Origin: an uncultured bacterium
GTDB lineage: Bacteria > Electryoneota > AABM5-125-24 > Hatepunaeales > Hatepunaeaceae
Direction of reading: 5' to 3'
DNA length: 64,000 nt
Assembly (NCBI GenBank): GCA_964387885.1
Contig: CAYLYZ010000017.1
Location: 32 to 64,031 of the forward strand
Below are positions 40,185-49,879 of the stretch, in pieces (positions within the stretch are counted from its first letter, which is position 1; each line of letters starts with the position of its first letter). The notes under the pieces are model-generated. The model was not told the origin of the DNA. It was given only the letters and a program-made list of their open reading frames with translations, and did no database searches. Position numbers and translations under genes: made by a program.

Positions 40185-40437
40185 TATTCCTCTTAAAATT
40201 TCGTTACCTGTCTCAATATACAATCCAACTCTTAAACAGGCAAGTACTCACCGCGTATATGTGAGTTGAAAAACTCTCACTGTGGGGGAGGACGGATGTT
40301 CCTGTCCGTCAGGAAATCTATTCAGATCAATTAAAATTAACTTTTCATCAATTAATTCTTGACATTTCCCTTCTATCTCACCAAATTAACGGCATAGAAA
40401 CTATATAATTAACTTGTTAATAATCAGGCATAAAAAA

Positions 40438-42513
40438 ATGGAAAAATTCCAAAATCTCCTTATCGTTTTATGGATCCTTACATTAATCGGTTGTTATGAA
40501 GACGATCCATCATCTGCAAGTGAAAACACTGTGCCCGTCAAACCAGATGGCTTGCAGGCTGTAGCTTTATCGACTACAGAAATCCTCATCACCTGGGTGG
40601 ACAACTCTACCAATGAAGATGCATTTATTGTAGAGGCAAGGGAGGCAAACCAGCAAAACTTTACAGAAGTCTGCAGAACTAATCCGAACATTCGATCATT
40701 TACATTGTCAGGCTGCACACCATGCCATACATATTTTTTCAGAGTTTTTGCATACAACAGCTCAGGCAATAGCGATTACTCCGAAGTAGTCTCTGTCTCA
40801 ACTCCCGATCTTCCGCCCTTTGCACCCTCGAATCTTAGGTACAACAATCTTACACTAAACTCCGTCGAATTGATCTGGTCTGATAACTCGGATAATGAAG
40901 ATGGTTTTAGAGTTGACCGGAAACTTGTGGGAGAATATCCGTGGGAGGAAATAGGAATAGCCCTCTCGCCTGACACGACCTATGAGGATGAGGATCTCCT
41001 CAGCGGAAGGGAATACTATTACAAAGTCAGAGCATACAATATAGCAGGAGTATCACCGTATTCAAATCGCATCACGATAAAAACTCTGACGATTCCGAAC
41101 GCCCCAACGGGTTTGTGGATTGATATTGTGTCCGACACGCGCCTTAAATTATACTGGAGGGATAACTCGTCAAATGAGGATGGATTCAGCATCGAGCGTA
41201 AAACCGAAGATGATACATCCTGGGCTGAAACAGCAAGGTATAATGCGCGACATACAATCCACACTGAAACAGGTCTTCTTCCCAACACGACATACACTTT
41301 CAGGCTAAGAGCTTTCAATACAGCGGGATACTCCGACTATTCGAACGAAGCAACCGCCCGAACTCCTGGACCACCTGCAGCACCTGAGGCATTAACTGCA
41401 ACAGTCAACTCAACAGATATGATTGAGTTATCCTGGACTGACAATTCGATTAACGAAACAGGTTTCGGACTTTATACAAGTATTGGAGACACGATGGATT
41501 TTGAACTACAGTTGACCTTCCCTGAAAACACAACGAGTGCCCATGTTACTGATGACATCCTTTTCACGGATTTTTATTACCGTATGTTGGCTTTTAACGA
41601 TTATGGCAGTTCGGGATGGTCAAATACAGTAAGTGCCAACACAAAAGATCCGATTGTTTTTCTTGGAGGTTTGAAAATAATAGACGTTTCTACTCCTCAG
41701 AATCCATCAATTATTCACTCGTCAGAATTCACCGAAAACGCAAGAGATATTCTTATTTCAGGTAATCGAGCATTTATTGCTGCCGACAATGACGGACTGA
41801 TAATGGTAGACATTTCAGATAAATTCGATCCCTCTGTAACAGGAGAATTTCAAACCAATTCCGGAATATCAAGCGTTCAGGTAAAAGACAATTACGCGTA
41901 CATAGCCGGAACACAGAGCGGTTTCCGAATCCTTGATATATCATCTGAAGGCAGCATCGCCGAACTCGGATTCCTCGGCAGTCCTGCTTCATCCATTTTC
42001 CTGAACGACAGGCATGTATTTCTGGCGTCAACAAATCCAGCGTTGAAGATTATAGATGTCATCGCACCAACCCGTCCTGTGCAAATCGGCAGCATTGGTT
42101 TCAACGTCTCAGGAACTGATATTTTCGTCACAGACCAATACGCATATCTCACAACCCTCAGACATGGACTGAAAGTCTACAGAATCTCCGATCCAACCGA
42201 CCCATTCGAAACCGGAGTCTTAAACCTTGACCTGAACAGTATTTTTGCCAGTGGAGACTATGCATACGCGACGTCAACAAATTTCGGTTTGCACATAATC
42301 GACATTTCAATCCCCTCTAATCCACATGAAGTCGGTAGAATCCGTACTCCAGGGAATGCGTGGGATGTTTATGTACTTGGTGATTACGCTTATGTTGCTG
42401 ATTATTCAGAGGGGCTTCAGGTAATAGATGTGTCCGATCCCACAAATCCATTTCTGTTAGGTTCTGTGGACACAAATGGATTTGAGAGGTGCGTTTGGGT
42501 GGTGGAGTACTAA
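40438..42513 (+). CDS. Lipoprotein with four fibronectin type III domains and LVIVD repeats
   Basis: LIGC lipobox; four WxDNSxNExGF...Y.FRV.A.N repeats; LxIIDVSxP repeats. Confidence 0.88.
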   Translation: MEKFQNLLIVLWILTLIGCYEDDPSSASENTVPVKPDGLQAVALSTTEILITWVDNSTNEDAFIVEAREANQQNFTEVCRTNPNIRSFTLSGCTPCHTYFFRVFAYNSSGNSDYSEVVSVSTPDLPPFAPSNLRYNNLTLNSVELIWSDNSDNEDGFRVDRKLVGEYPWEEIGIALSPDTTYEDEDLLSGREYYYKVRAYNIAGVSPYSNRITIKTLTIPNAPTGLWIDIVSDTRLKLYWRDNSSNEDGFSIERKTEDDTSWAETARYNARHTIHTETGLLPNTTYTFRLRAFNTAGYSDYSNEATARTPGPPAAPEALTATVNSTDMIELSWTDNSINETGFGLYTSIGDTMDFELQLTFPENTTSAHVTDDILFTDFYYRMLAFNDYGSSGWSNTVSANTKDPIVFLGGLKIIDVSTPQNPSIIHSSEFTENARDILISGNRAFIAADNDGLIMVDISDKFDPSVTGEFQTNSGISSVQVKDNYAYIAGTQSGFRILDISSEGSIAELGFLGSPASSIFLNDRHVFLASTNPALKIIDVIAPTRPVQIGSIGFNVSGTDIFVTDQYAYLTTLRHGLKVYRISDPTDPFETGVLNLDLNSIFASGDYAYATSTNFGLHIIDISIPSNPHEVGRIRTPGNAWDVYVLGDYAYVADYSEGLQVIDVSDPTNPFLLGSVDTNGFERCVWVVEY

Positions 42514-42568
42514 TTAAGGTGACAGTATACATAGTTCGAGTTTACAATATTTTTTATTCAGGGGAATA

Positions 42569-42620
42569 TTTCCCATTTTGGGAAACAATAATTGACATTT
42601 TACTTAATTGGGATTAAATT
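42569..42620 (+). promoter_or_regulatory. Putative TA operator and promoter
   Basis: Palindrome TTTCCCA-N3-TGGGAAA (42569-42585); TTGACA-17-TAAATT. Confidence 0.5.
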
Positions 42621-42623
42621 AAA

Positions 42624-42917
42624 TTGAAAGTATTTAAAAGAAAAACCCTCGAATCATTCTGGACAAATCACAGTGATTCAAAATCAGCACTTGAAGCCTG
42701 GTACAAAGAAGCTAAAATTTCAGATTGGAAGACTCCCAGAGACATTTTGGAAAGATATTCTTCAGCGAGTGTTTTACCAGGTAACCGTATTAAGTTTAAC
42801 ATCAAAGGAAACCGTTATTGGTTGGTCGTGAAAATTAACTACGAGAAAAAGAATGTATTCATAAAGTTCATTGGAACTCATGCTGAATACGATAAAATAA
42901 ACGCGGAGACTGTTTAA
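42624..42917 (+). CDS. higB: HigB (RelE-superfamily) toxin
   Basis: LEAWY, FNIKGNRYWLVVKINY, FIGTHAEYDKI. Confidence 0.9.
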   Translation: MKVFKRKTLESFWTNHSDSKSALEAWYKEAKISDWKTPRDILERYSSASVLPGNRIKFNIKGNRYWLVVKINYEKKNVFIKFIGTHAEYDKINAETV

Positions 42918-44179
42918 TGAAACAAAGAGTTATAAAGACAGAAGATCAGTATGAAAAGGCTCTTGCACGAATCGAAGAGTTATTTGATGCAATTCCCGGT
43001 TCGCAAGAAGAGGAAGAACTCGAATTACTCGCGATTTTGGTCGAGAAATATGAAGATATTCATTACCCGATAGGCTTGCCCGGTCCCATCGAGGGAATCA
43101 AATTCCGGATGGATCAGCAGAATTTGACTCAAAAGGATATGGTCAAATATATTGGGAGTTTGAGTAAAGTATCCGAAGTACTAAACGGCAAACGTCCGCT
43201 AAGCCTTTCAATGATCAGGTCATTGCATGAGGGTTTGGGAATTCCCTATGAGGTTCTGCTGCATGAAGAGGGCAAACAGTTGGAAGCCTGCAAATATAAT
43301 ATCAGGGATTATCCATTCACCGAGATGTTCAAGCGGGATTACTTCCCATCCTTCACGGGCAACCTCAGCCGGGCAAAAGATCATTCAGAGGAATTGTTAA
43401 CGGATTTTTTCTCAGAATTTGAAAAGGTTGAAAACGGATTAATTTATAATCGAAAATCTCTGCAAAACTCGGATGAAACAGCACTGAAAGCATGGCAGGC
43501 AAGAGTTTTGAACATCGCAGCTCAGCAGGAAATCTCATCCTATAAGCATGAAAAGATAAATTTTGATTTTCTTGTGAAAGCCGGAAAATTGAGCTTTTAT
43601 GAATCCGGTCCTCGTGTTGCAATTGATTTGCTGAATAAATTTGGAATTCACTTTATTATTCTTCCTCATCTCCCAAAGACTCATCTTGATGGCGCATGTT
43701 TTAGTTCACCCTCGGGAAATCCAGTTATTGGAATGACTCTACGATATGACCGGCTTGACAATTTCTGGTTTACCCTGATGCATGAACTCGCTCATGTCAG
43801 CTTGCATTTAGAAAATGAAAATGCAGTATTTTTTGACAACACAGAAGAAGTCGTAGCCCGGTGTTCTCCGAACCCGGGTTCAGCAAACCACGAACACAAT
43901 CCCGGGTTCGGAGAACACCGGGCTACATCTGACTCCGAATCCAAAAAGGAAACCGAGGCGAATCAATTAGCCCAGAAAGCTCTCATCCCGGAAGAATTAT
44001 ATCCCACCCAGAGATTGACTGCGGTTCGAAATGCAAAAGATGTCAAACAAATAGCCGAATTTCTTGAAATCTCACCGGCTATTGTTGCGGGTAGAGTAGC
44101 GAATGAGACTCAGGATTTCAAGAAATATTCGTCGCTGCTTGGGTGGCGGGAGGTTCGGAAGGTGTTTGCAACCTTTTGA
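42917..44179 (+). CDS. higA: HigA-type HTH antitoxin fused to an ImmA/IrrE metallopeptidase domain, with an in-frame repeat insertion
   Basis: IKTEDQYEKAL, IKFRMDQQNLTQKD, VSEVLNGKRPLS, RYDRLDNFWFTLMHELAH, EANQLA. Confidence 0.85.
   Translation: MKQRVIKTEDQYEKALARIEELFDAIPGSQEEEELELLAILVEKYEDIHYPIGLPGPIEGIKFRMDQQNLTQKDMVKYIGSLSKVSEVLNGKRPLSLSMIRSLHEGLGIPYEVLLHEEGKQLEACKYNIRDYPFTEMFKRDYFPSFTGNLSRAKDHSEELLTDFFSEFEKVENGLIYNRKSLQNSDETALKAWQARVLNIAAQQEISSYKHEKINFDFLVKAGKLSFYESGPRVAIDLLNKFGIHFIILPHLPKTHLDGACFSSPSGNPVIGMTLRYDRLDNFWFTLMHELAHVSLHLENENAVFFDNTEEVVARCSPNPGSANHEHNPGFGEHRATSDSESKKETEANQLAQKALIPEELYPTQRLTAVRNAKDVKQIAEFLEISPAIVAGRVANETQDFKKYSSLLGWREVRKVFATF
43853..43926. repeat. Intragenic GTAG REPIN, perfect 26-bp inverted repeat
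   Basis: GTAGCCCGGTGTTCTCCGAACCCGGG ... CCCGGGTTCGGAGAACACCGGGCTAC. Confidence 0.9.
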
Positions 44180-44295
44180 CCAAATTCTAGTTTGGAGGCA
44201 GTTGTTGATATGGAAGTTTAAAAAGTGCGCTAGGGGATTGCAGAGTATTGAAAAACTTGACCTGTAACGGACTGCATCCTCATTATAATTTCGAC

Positions 44296-44324
44296 TTGAC
44301 TTTAAACCTACCTTAATGTATATT
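44296..44324 (+). promoter_or_regulatory. Putative sigma70 promoter
   Basis: TTGACT-17-TATATT. Confidence 0.5.
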
Positions 44325-44393
44325 CCCAGAGGTAAGAAGATGTCTCTTAAAGCAAAAGAAATGAATACAACATTATACTAATGAGGTAAAATC

Positions 44394-44774
44394 ATGGGAT
44401 TTTTAGATTTTATTGGAAAGGTGACCAGCATCAAAGACAATGTTGATTGGTCAAAATCCAAAAAAATTGGTGTAATATGACCAGATTTTTTTGGTCAATA
44501 TTTCATATATATTGATTCAAAGCTCATTGTTGCGATATTTCTTCCAAAATCAGACAAGACATTACATATTTTCAATGGTGATATTTTTCGGGCATATAGA
44601 TGGATAAAGTGTGATCAAACCGGAAGTAAAGTGATGGATGATAATCCACCAGAAGGTGCTTTTGAGTGGAAGATTAATCGAAAACATATCTTATTCAGGG
44701 GTACTGGATTTGAGTCAAGGAAATCTGTTTATCGTGGTAAAGTAGTAACTTTTGAAGATTTTTTCAAGATATAA
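44394..44774 (+). pseudogene. 126-codon hypothetical gene interrupted by a single in-frame TGA at codon 29
   Basis: GAGGT RBS, ATG 44394, TGA 44478-44480, frame stays open to TAA 44772-44774 (translated by hand). Confidence 0.55.
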
Positions 44775-44910
44775 ATGAAAATTGGATTGACTCAAAAATT
44801 CATGAATACATCAGTGTTATGTCCACAGGTGGAGTAATAAGTTGATGTACTGAATCCAAAATACATTTAATTGCTACCAAGTATCTCAAATAATTCAAGG
44901 AATAACCTTA

Positions 44911-45585
44911 ATGGAACTTATGGATAAGATTAAAAAAAGCCGTGCTGAAGTAATTGAAGTATACTCTGAACATGCAACACCGCTTATACAGTCTGCTATT
45001 TCAGCACTTCCCTATGTTGGTGGAATAATTAGTACTTATCTATCAGGGAGCAGTCTCGACATTCATATTAAGAGAACTGAAGAGTTTTTTGAACAAGTGA
45101 AAGAGCGATTGGAGGAGATTGAGGAGGGAAAGGTTGACAAAGAGTACATTGAATCGGTTGAATTTTACTATTTAGTAAAAGAAATTTTCATAAAGGTAGC
45201 CACCGAGCGTGATGGAAAAAAGCTTCAATACTTTCGCAATCTATTTATTAATGGAATTATAAATGAGGATTCCAGGGAAGATTTTAAGCATGTATGCATA
45301 CAAATTATGGAAGATTTAACAGCCTCACATTTGGAAATCTTAATGAATATTGTTGAATTCATCAAAGAAAATGACAGCTCCGATCTTAAAATACCAATGA
45401 ACCTTTTATTTAAGAATAAAGAAATTTACAAACACGATCCTAGTATGCGTGGGTTAATCAACCGATACTTACTCGATTTAGAGGACAAAGGACTCATTTC
45501 TCAAGCCACCGTAGATTTTAGGTCAGGGAGATTGACACAATTTGGTGTTGATTTTATAAAATATATGAATGATCAAGCCTCGTAG
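44911..45585 (+). CDS. Hypothetical protein, helical with a possible C-terminal winged helix (Abi-alpha/DUF4393-like)
   Basis: ALPYVGGII, ERDGKKLQYFRNLFING, LLDLEDKGLI..LTQFGVDFI; AT-rich. Confidence 0.6.
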   Translation: MELMDKIKKSRAEVIEVYSEHATPLIQSAISALPYVGGIISTYLSGSSLDIHIKRTEEFFEQVKERLEEIEEGKVDKEYIESVEFYYLVKEIFIKVATERDGKKLQYFRNLFINGIINEDSREDFKHVCIQIMEDLTASHLEILMNIVEFIKENDSSDLKIPMNLLFKNKEIYKHDPSMRGLINRYLLDLEDKGLISQATVDFRSGRLTQFGVDFIKYMNDQAS

Positions 45586-45687
45586 CCCGAATCCCTTGTG
45601 GTTTGGGGATTTTATGTGTTTCTATTTTTTTACTTCATGATTCTTCGAACTTTTTCAGACTCCCGAACCACACGGATCACAGGCTAC
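45582..45687. repeat. Degenerate GTAGCCC-type REPIN that supplies the TAG stop of the upstream gene
   Basis: GTAGCCCGAATCCCTTGTGGTTTGGGGA ... TCCCGAACCACACGGATCACAGGCTAC. Confidence 0.65.
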
Positions 45688-45805
45688 CAACTGAATCTAA
45701 AATGGAAGAATAGTTCTCTATAGGAACTCCTCTGGATACCTGCGTTCGCAGGTATGACGGAAGGAGATGTTGAAATCCTGGAATGCGTCGCTTCCGGGCT
45801 ACTTT

Positions 45806-46912
45806 TTATTTCTTTCCCACCACATCCCGCATCCAGTCCGATATCGTGTCGAGAACACCAGGTGCAAAATCTTTCGGGAGAGTTGCGTACTCGGTCATGC
45901 TCCCGGTTTTTGCTTTTATGAAAAGGTGATTTGCTTCGGGTATTTCTACAATAGTTACGTTTTTATTCCCGGTGTGATTCATGATCTCTGTTAGGGCAGT
46001 TTTGTTCAATTCAGCATCAACCTGAACATCAAGCTCCCCAAACAACACCAGAATCGGGACTGATACCTTTTTCCAGTCTTCTCCGAAATCATGGTTAAGG
46101 AGGAACTGATAACGCGGATGCTGGAAAGTGCTTATGCTTTGTGCTGCTCTTTTCTTTGAGAAAGCATCTAAATCGCCGAGTGCTGCCCTCTGTTGTTCCG
46201 GTAAAGCCTGCAGTCGTTTCCGGGTGGTGGCTGTCACTACTTCTGTTAGTTCTTCCCATTTTTCGGCAATAACTAAATCAAAAATGCGCCGTTGCTCGCT
46301 AATTACTATTGCGGTCTCTTCATCACTCATCCCCCCAGCCCTTGCCTGTCTTTCAGCCTGACTCAACAGTAAATCGTAACCGGCTATGGCTCCTCCGCCA
46401 AGTGAAATCACAAACGCCACTCTTTTATCCTTCGAAGCAACCGTAGCAGCGATCAGGCTGCCTTCACTTTGCCCGAGCAATCCGATCCGTTCGGCATCAA
46501 TGTTTTTCCTTTCCGATAGAAAACTTACTGCTGCCTCAGCGTCTCCGAAAAAATCTTCCTCGATAGAGGAAATGTAATCACCTGTCGATTGTCCAACACC
46601 CCGGTCGTCATAGCGCAGTACAGCAAAACCATTGGCGACAAGATGATCCGCGAGCAAAACAAAAGGTCGGTATCCGGGAATCACTTTCATTGCGCCATCA
46701 CGATCCTGAGGTCCACTGCCGCTGATTGTAATAACAGCCCCAAACGATCCTTCAGTAGAGGGCATAGTCAGAGTTCCAGCAAGGGTGACTTCTCCGTTTG
46801 TGAAAGTAACATCCTCAGTGAGTGCATCGCACTCCGGTTGTGCTGTAACGAAACCATAGCTGCATAACAAACTGGTGATTATCGCAAGAGTTATGGTTTG
46901 AATCTTGAACAT
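45806..46912 (-). CDS. Secreted alpha/beta hydrolase
   Basis: LAGTLTMP, SGSGPQDRD, YDDRGVG, GQSEG nucleophile, ANHLF. Confidence 0.88.
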   Translation of the reverse strand: MFKIQTITLAIITSLLCSYGFVTAQPECDALTEDVTFTNGEVTLAGTLTMPSTEGSFGAVITISGSGPQDRDGAMKVIPGYRPFVLLADHLVANGFAVLRYDDRGVGQSTGDYISSIEEDFFGDAEAAVSFLSERKNIDAERIGLLGQSEGSLIAATVASKDKRVAFVISLGGGAIAGYDLLLSQAERQARAGGMSDEETAIVISEQRRIFDLVIAEKWEELTEVVTATTRKRLQALPEQQRAALGDLDAFSKKRAAQSISTFQHPRYQFLLNHDFGEDWKKVSVPILVLFGELDVQVDAELNKTALTEIMNHTGNKNVTIVEIPEANHLFIKAKTGSMTEYATLPKDFAPGVLDTISDWMRDVVGKK

Positions 46913-47013
46913 GTATTTTCCTTATATTATTTCAGTCAAGTTCGTTGTCCAAATCCCTCCTGAAATATACTTTTTACTTCATTGCTGTCCTAAACAAATC
47001 AATTCTATGACCT

Positions 47014-47180
47014 CCTCATTCCCAACTTGATTGGGAATCCAGTATAAAGTAGTGTTACTTAAATACATAGGTTTAACACACTCTTTAATAACTCGATTTC
47101 TCAATACGAACAGCAAATCTAAAAAACAGGTTGTAGAACTTGTCTTGTCTCTGGATTCCCAGTCAAGCTGGGAATGAGGA
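47014..47180. repeat. ATTCCC/GGGAAT-type REP pair
   Basis: CCTCATTCCCAACTTGATTGGGAATCCA ... CTGGATTCCCAGTCAAGCTGGGAATGAGGA; right half identical to 20290-20319. Confidence 0.8.
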
Positions 47181-47219
47181 ACTTGTCAAAACTCCCATTT
47201 TGGACAGGTATGTTTTTTC

Positions 47220-49817
47220 TTACTCTTTCCCCATCAAAATCTTAATCGCAGTAGTATCTTTGTTCGCTTCTGCGATGCCGATGGGAGATCTGACTGAGCT
47301 GTCCATACTGCGTGGATTTGCTCCGGCTTCAACCAGAGCTTTCATGATTTCGTGATATCCGCGGTAGGTTGCCTGATGCAGCGGTGTTTCATTGTTTTTA
47401 CATCTTACCCTGACGTTGGCTCCATTTTTAATCAGGATTTTTGCGAGGGTTGTGGGACCTTGAACTCGCACATTCTGGCAGACTACATAGAGAGGTGTGT
47501 TATCATACTCATCGCGGACATTTGGATCGAAATCATAATGGAGTAGAAGTTCGAGCGCTTGAGCTGCCCATTCTTCCTTTTCGTAGAATAAAACCTTGAT
47601 CAACATCGGAGTTGTGCTGCTGGGATGCTCCATTATCGCACCGTTTTCAAGCAGCAATTCTGCCTCATCAATGTAACCTCCACGCAATGCTTTTTCAAAC
47701 AATGTGGTAGTTTGGCATTGATTTGAATACCAGGTTTTGAAAAGCCTGTTTATTTCGGCATCATTATCTACAAATAGCTGGATTATTCCGAGAATTTCAT
47801 CCTGGTATTGTGGGTATTCCTCATACTTCGAAAAACTGAACAGATAAGACAATGGTGGATAGCCATCTATTGTCTTTATGCTGTCCTCCTCCTCTTTGGA
47901 TAAATACCATGGCATGGTAGGTTGATGAAGTCTATACTTTCCCCAATGGTCAGGGCTAAATTCCGGAGAATAAGAACGGGCATTGACATCAGCCCCAAGT
48001 TCTATAAGTTTGCTAACCATCGAGTATGAAGGCATTAATACAGCATAACACAAGGGAGTTATACCGTGAGAATTTCGGACATTTACTTCCGCCCCGGCAT
48101 CGAGAAGCAGGTTCACGATATTCAGGTAATACTTTTCAATTGCATTGTGTAAAACCGTGCGGTCAAAAAAATCCCGGTAATTCGGATCTCCGCCCAACTC
48201 CAGAATCCGGACGACTTCAGCCGAATCGTTATCCAGCACCGCCCTTAATAAGGGTGTGATATCACCTCCAACGTATATTTTCTGAGACCTGGCACGTTGT
48301 TTTAACACTCCGGGACTAATTGACTTTGTTTTTTCAGTCTGGATTGGCTGATTTATATCACCATGATGTGCTTTAAGAAGCTTTAGCATTTCATCGCTGT
48401 TTTCACCATCAGCAGGTATCATATCTATTGGATATCGCTGATCCAAATCCGCAATATTTAATCTCCCCCCTGCTAACAACAGTTTTTGAACGTAATCTAT
48501 TCTGCCCCGTTCAACCGACAGATGTAACGGTGTTTTTCTCCATGAGTTGGTGATATTTGGATCAGCTCCGGCATTAATCAGCAGATCGAACATACCGTCA
48601 TGCTGAAGTAGAATTGCCATGTAAAGAGGCGTATGGTTTCTTTGTGCCGTCGGATTCAAATCTGCGCCATAAGAAAGTAATAATTCTGCTATCTGAGTAT
48701 TATTATTCCTTGCACAGAAATGAAGAGGGGAAAAACCCGGAAAAAAATCCGCAGCTGACGTAGAATACCCGGGATCGGGAATCTGATAATTTACATCTAC
48801 TCCATGTTCTAAAAGCAATTTGACTATTTGGTAATTCTGTTTCAAACAAGCGATGGTGAGAGGGGTTCCTATCCATTTATCGGCATGATCAATCGAAGCA
48901 CCATTATCAAGCAGGTATTCCGCAGTCCGGGCAGCATTGTAATGTGCGGCTTGATTTATTACTGTCATACCATCGGGGTCAGTTACATTGATGTCCGCAC
49001 CATTTTCAACCATCCTTTTGAGCAAATCCAAATTGTCAAATTGAACGACATAAAAAAGAATTTCATGATGGCTGTAGTTCAATCGTTTCAAATCTGCGCC
49101 GGATTCTAACAGAAAGTTTATAATATTCCAGTTATCCAGCATTACTCTAGGACTGGAAAGTAGGACGCCAAATCCGCTTTTGTGGAATGCATGATGGAGA
49201 ACGGTCAGACCATACTTGTCAGGCTGGTCGACTTTCATGCCCTGGTCCAAAAACAGCTTCAGAGTTTCAAAGCAACCTTTTCTTGCTGCCAAATGAATGG
49301 GCATGCATCCACTGCTGTCATGAATATAGAGATCGGCTCCGGCATCGATCAGAAGTTTCGTCATGGGCAGATTTTTGTCTGAAATTGCAGCCTGATGCAG
49401 AGGCGAATATCCCTGTCGTCCTATTTCAGAAAGATCCGGATTATGTTTAAGAAAGAGTTTGAAGACGTCAAAACGATCAGCCCATATACTGCGAAAAAAA
49501 GGAGATCCATAGGGTGTCCTGTAGCTGACATCTCCTCCCCGCTCAAGAACTAAACGGGCAACGTTTACAGCATTACCATTAGCGGCATGAAAGAGGAGCG
49601 GAGCCCCATACTTGTTCAGAGCATTAATCTTCCCTCCGGTATCAAGCCAGATTCTTATCGTTTCCACATCATTAGTATTGGCAGCCCAGACAACAGCATC
49701 CGTAAGAGAATCCTGATAAACGGTATCTCGGATTGCAGCCAATCGCAGAGAATCATTTGCAGCAAAGGATTGGAAACATAAAACCAGAATTAAGGTGACA
49801 GTATACTTAATTATCAC
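47220..49817 (-). CDS. Secreted ankyrin-repeat protein
   Basis: Many TPLH/SPLH..A...G..LL..GAD repeats; signal peptide ending SFA-A; GGAG RBS and GTG start. Confidence 0.92.
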   Translation of the reverse strand: MIIKYTVTLILVLCFQSFAANDSLRLAAIRDTVYQDSLTDAVVWAANTNDVETIRIWLDTGGKINALNKYGAPLLFHAANGNAVNVARLVLERGGDVSYRTPYGSPFFRSIWADRFDVFKLFLKHNPDLSEIGRQGYSPLHQAAISDKNLPMTKLLIDAGADLYIHDSSGCMPIHLAARKGCFETLKLFLDQGMKVDQPDKYGLTVLHHAFHKSGFGVLLSSPRVMLDNWNIINFLLESGADLKRLNYSHHEILFYVVQFDNLDLLKRMVENGADINVTDPDGMTVINQAAHYNAARTAEYLLDNGASIDHADKWIGTPLTIACLKQNYQIVKLLLEHGVDVNYQIPDPGYSTSAADFFPGFSPLHFCARNNNTQIAELLLSYGADLNPTAQRNHTPLYMAILLQHDGMFDLLINAGADPNITNSWRKTPLHLSVERGRIDYVQKLLLAGGRLNIADLDQRYPIDMIPADGENSDEMLKLLKAHHGDINQPIQTEKTKSISPGVLKQRARSQKIYVGGDITPLLRAVLDNDSAEVVRILELGGDPNYRDFFDRTVLHNAIEKYYLNIVNLLLDAGAEVNVRNSHGITPLCYAVLMPSYSMVSKLIELGADVNARSYSPEFSPDHWGKYRLHQPTMPWYLSKEEEDSIKTIDGYPPLSYLFSFSKYEEYPQYQDEILGIIQLFVDNDAEINRLFKTWYSNQCQTTTLFEKALRGGYIDEAELLLENGAIMEHPSSTTPMLIKVLFYEKEEWAAQALELLLHYDFDPNVRDEYDNTPLYVVCQNVRVQGPTTLAKILIKNGANVRVRCKNNETPLHQATYRGYHEIMKALVEAGANPRSMDSSVRSPIGIAEANKDTTAIKILMGKE

Positions 49818-49879
49818 AAATTCTCCGTCTTACAGAATTGCAGAGGAAACACGATATGCGATGTATGTATCTATTTTGA

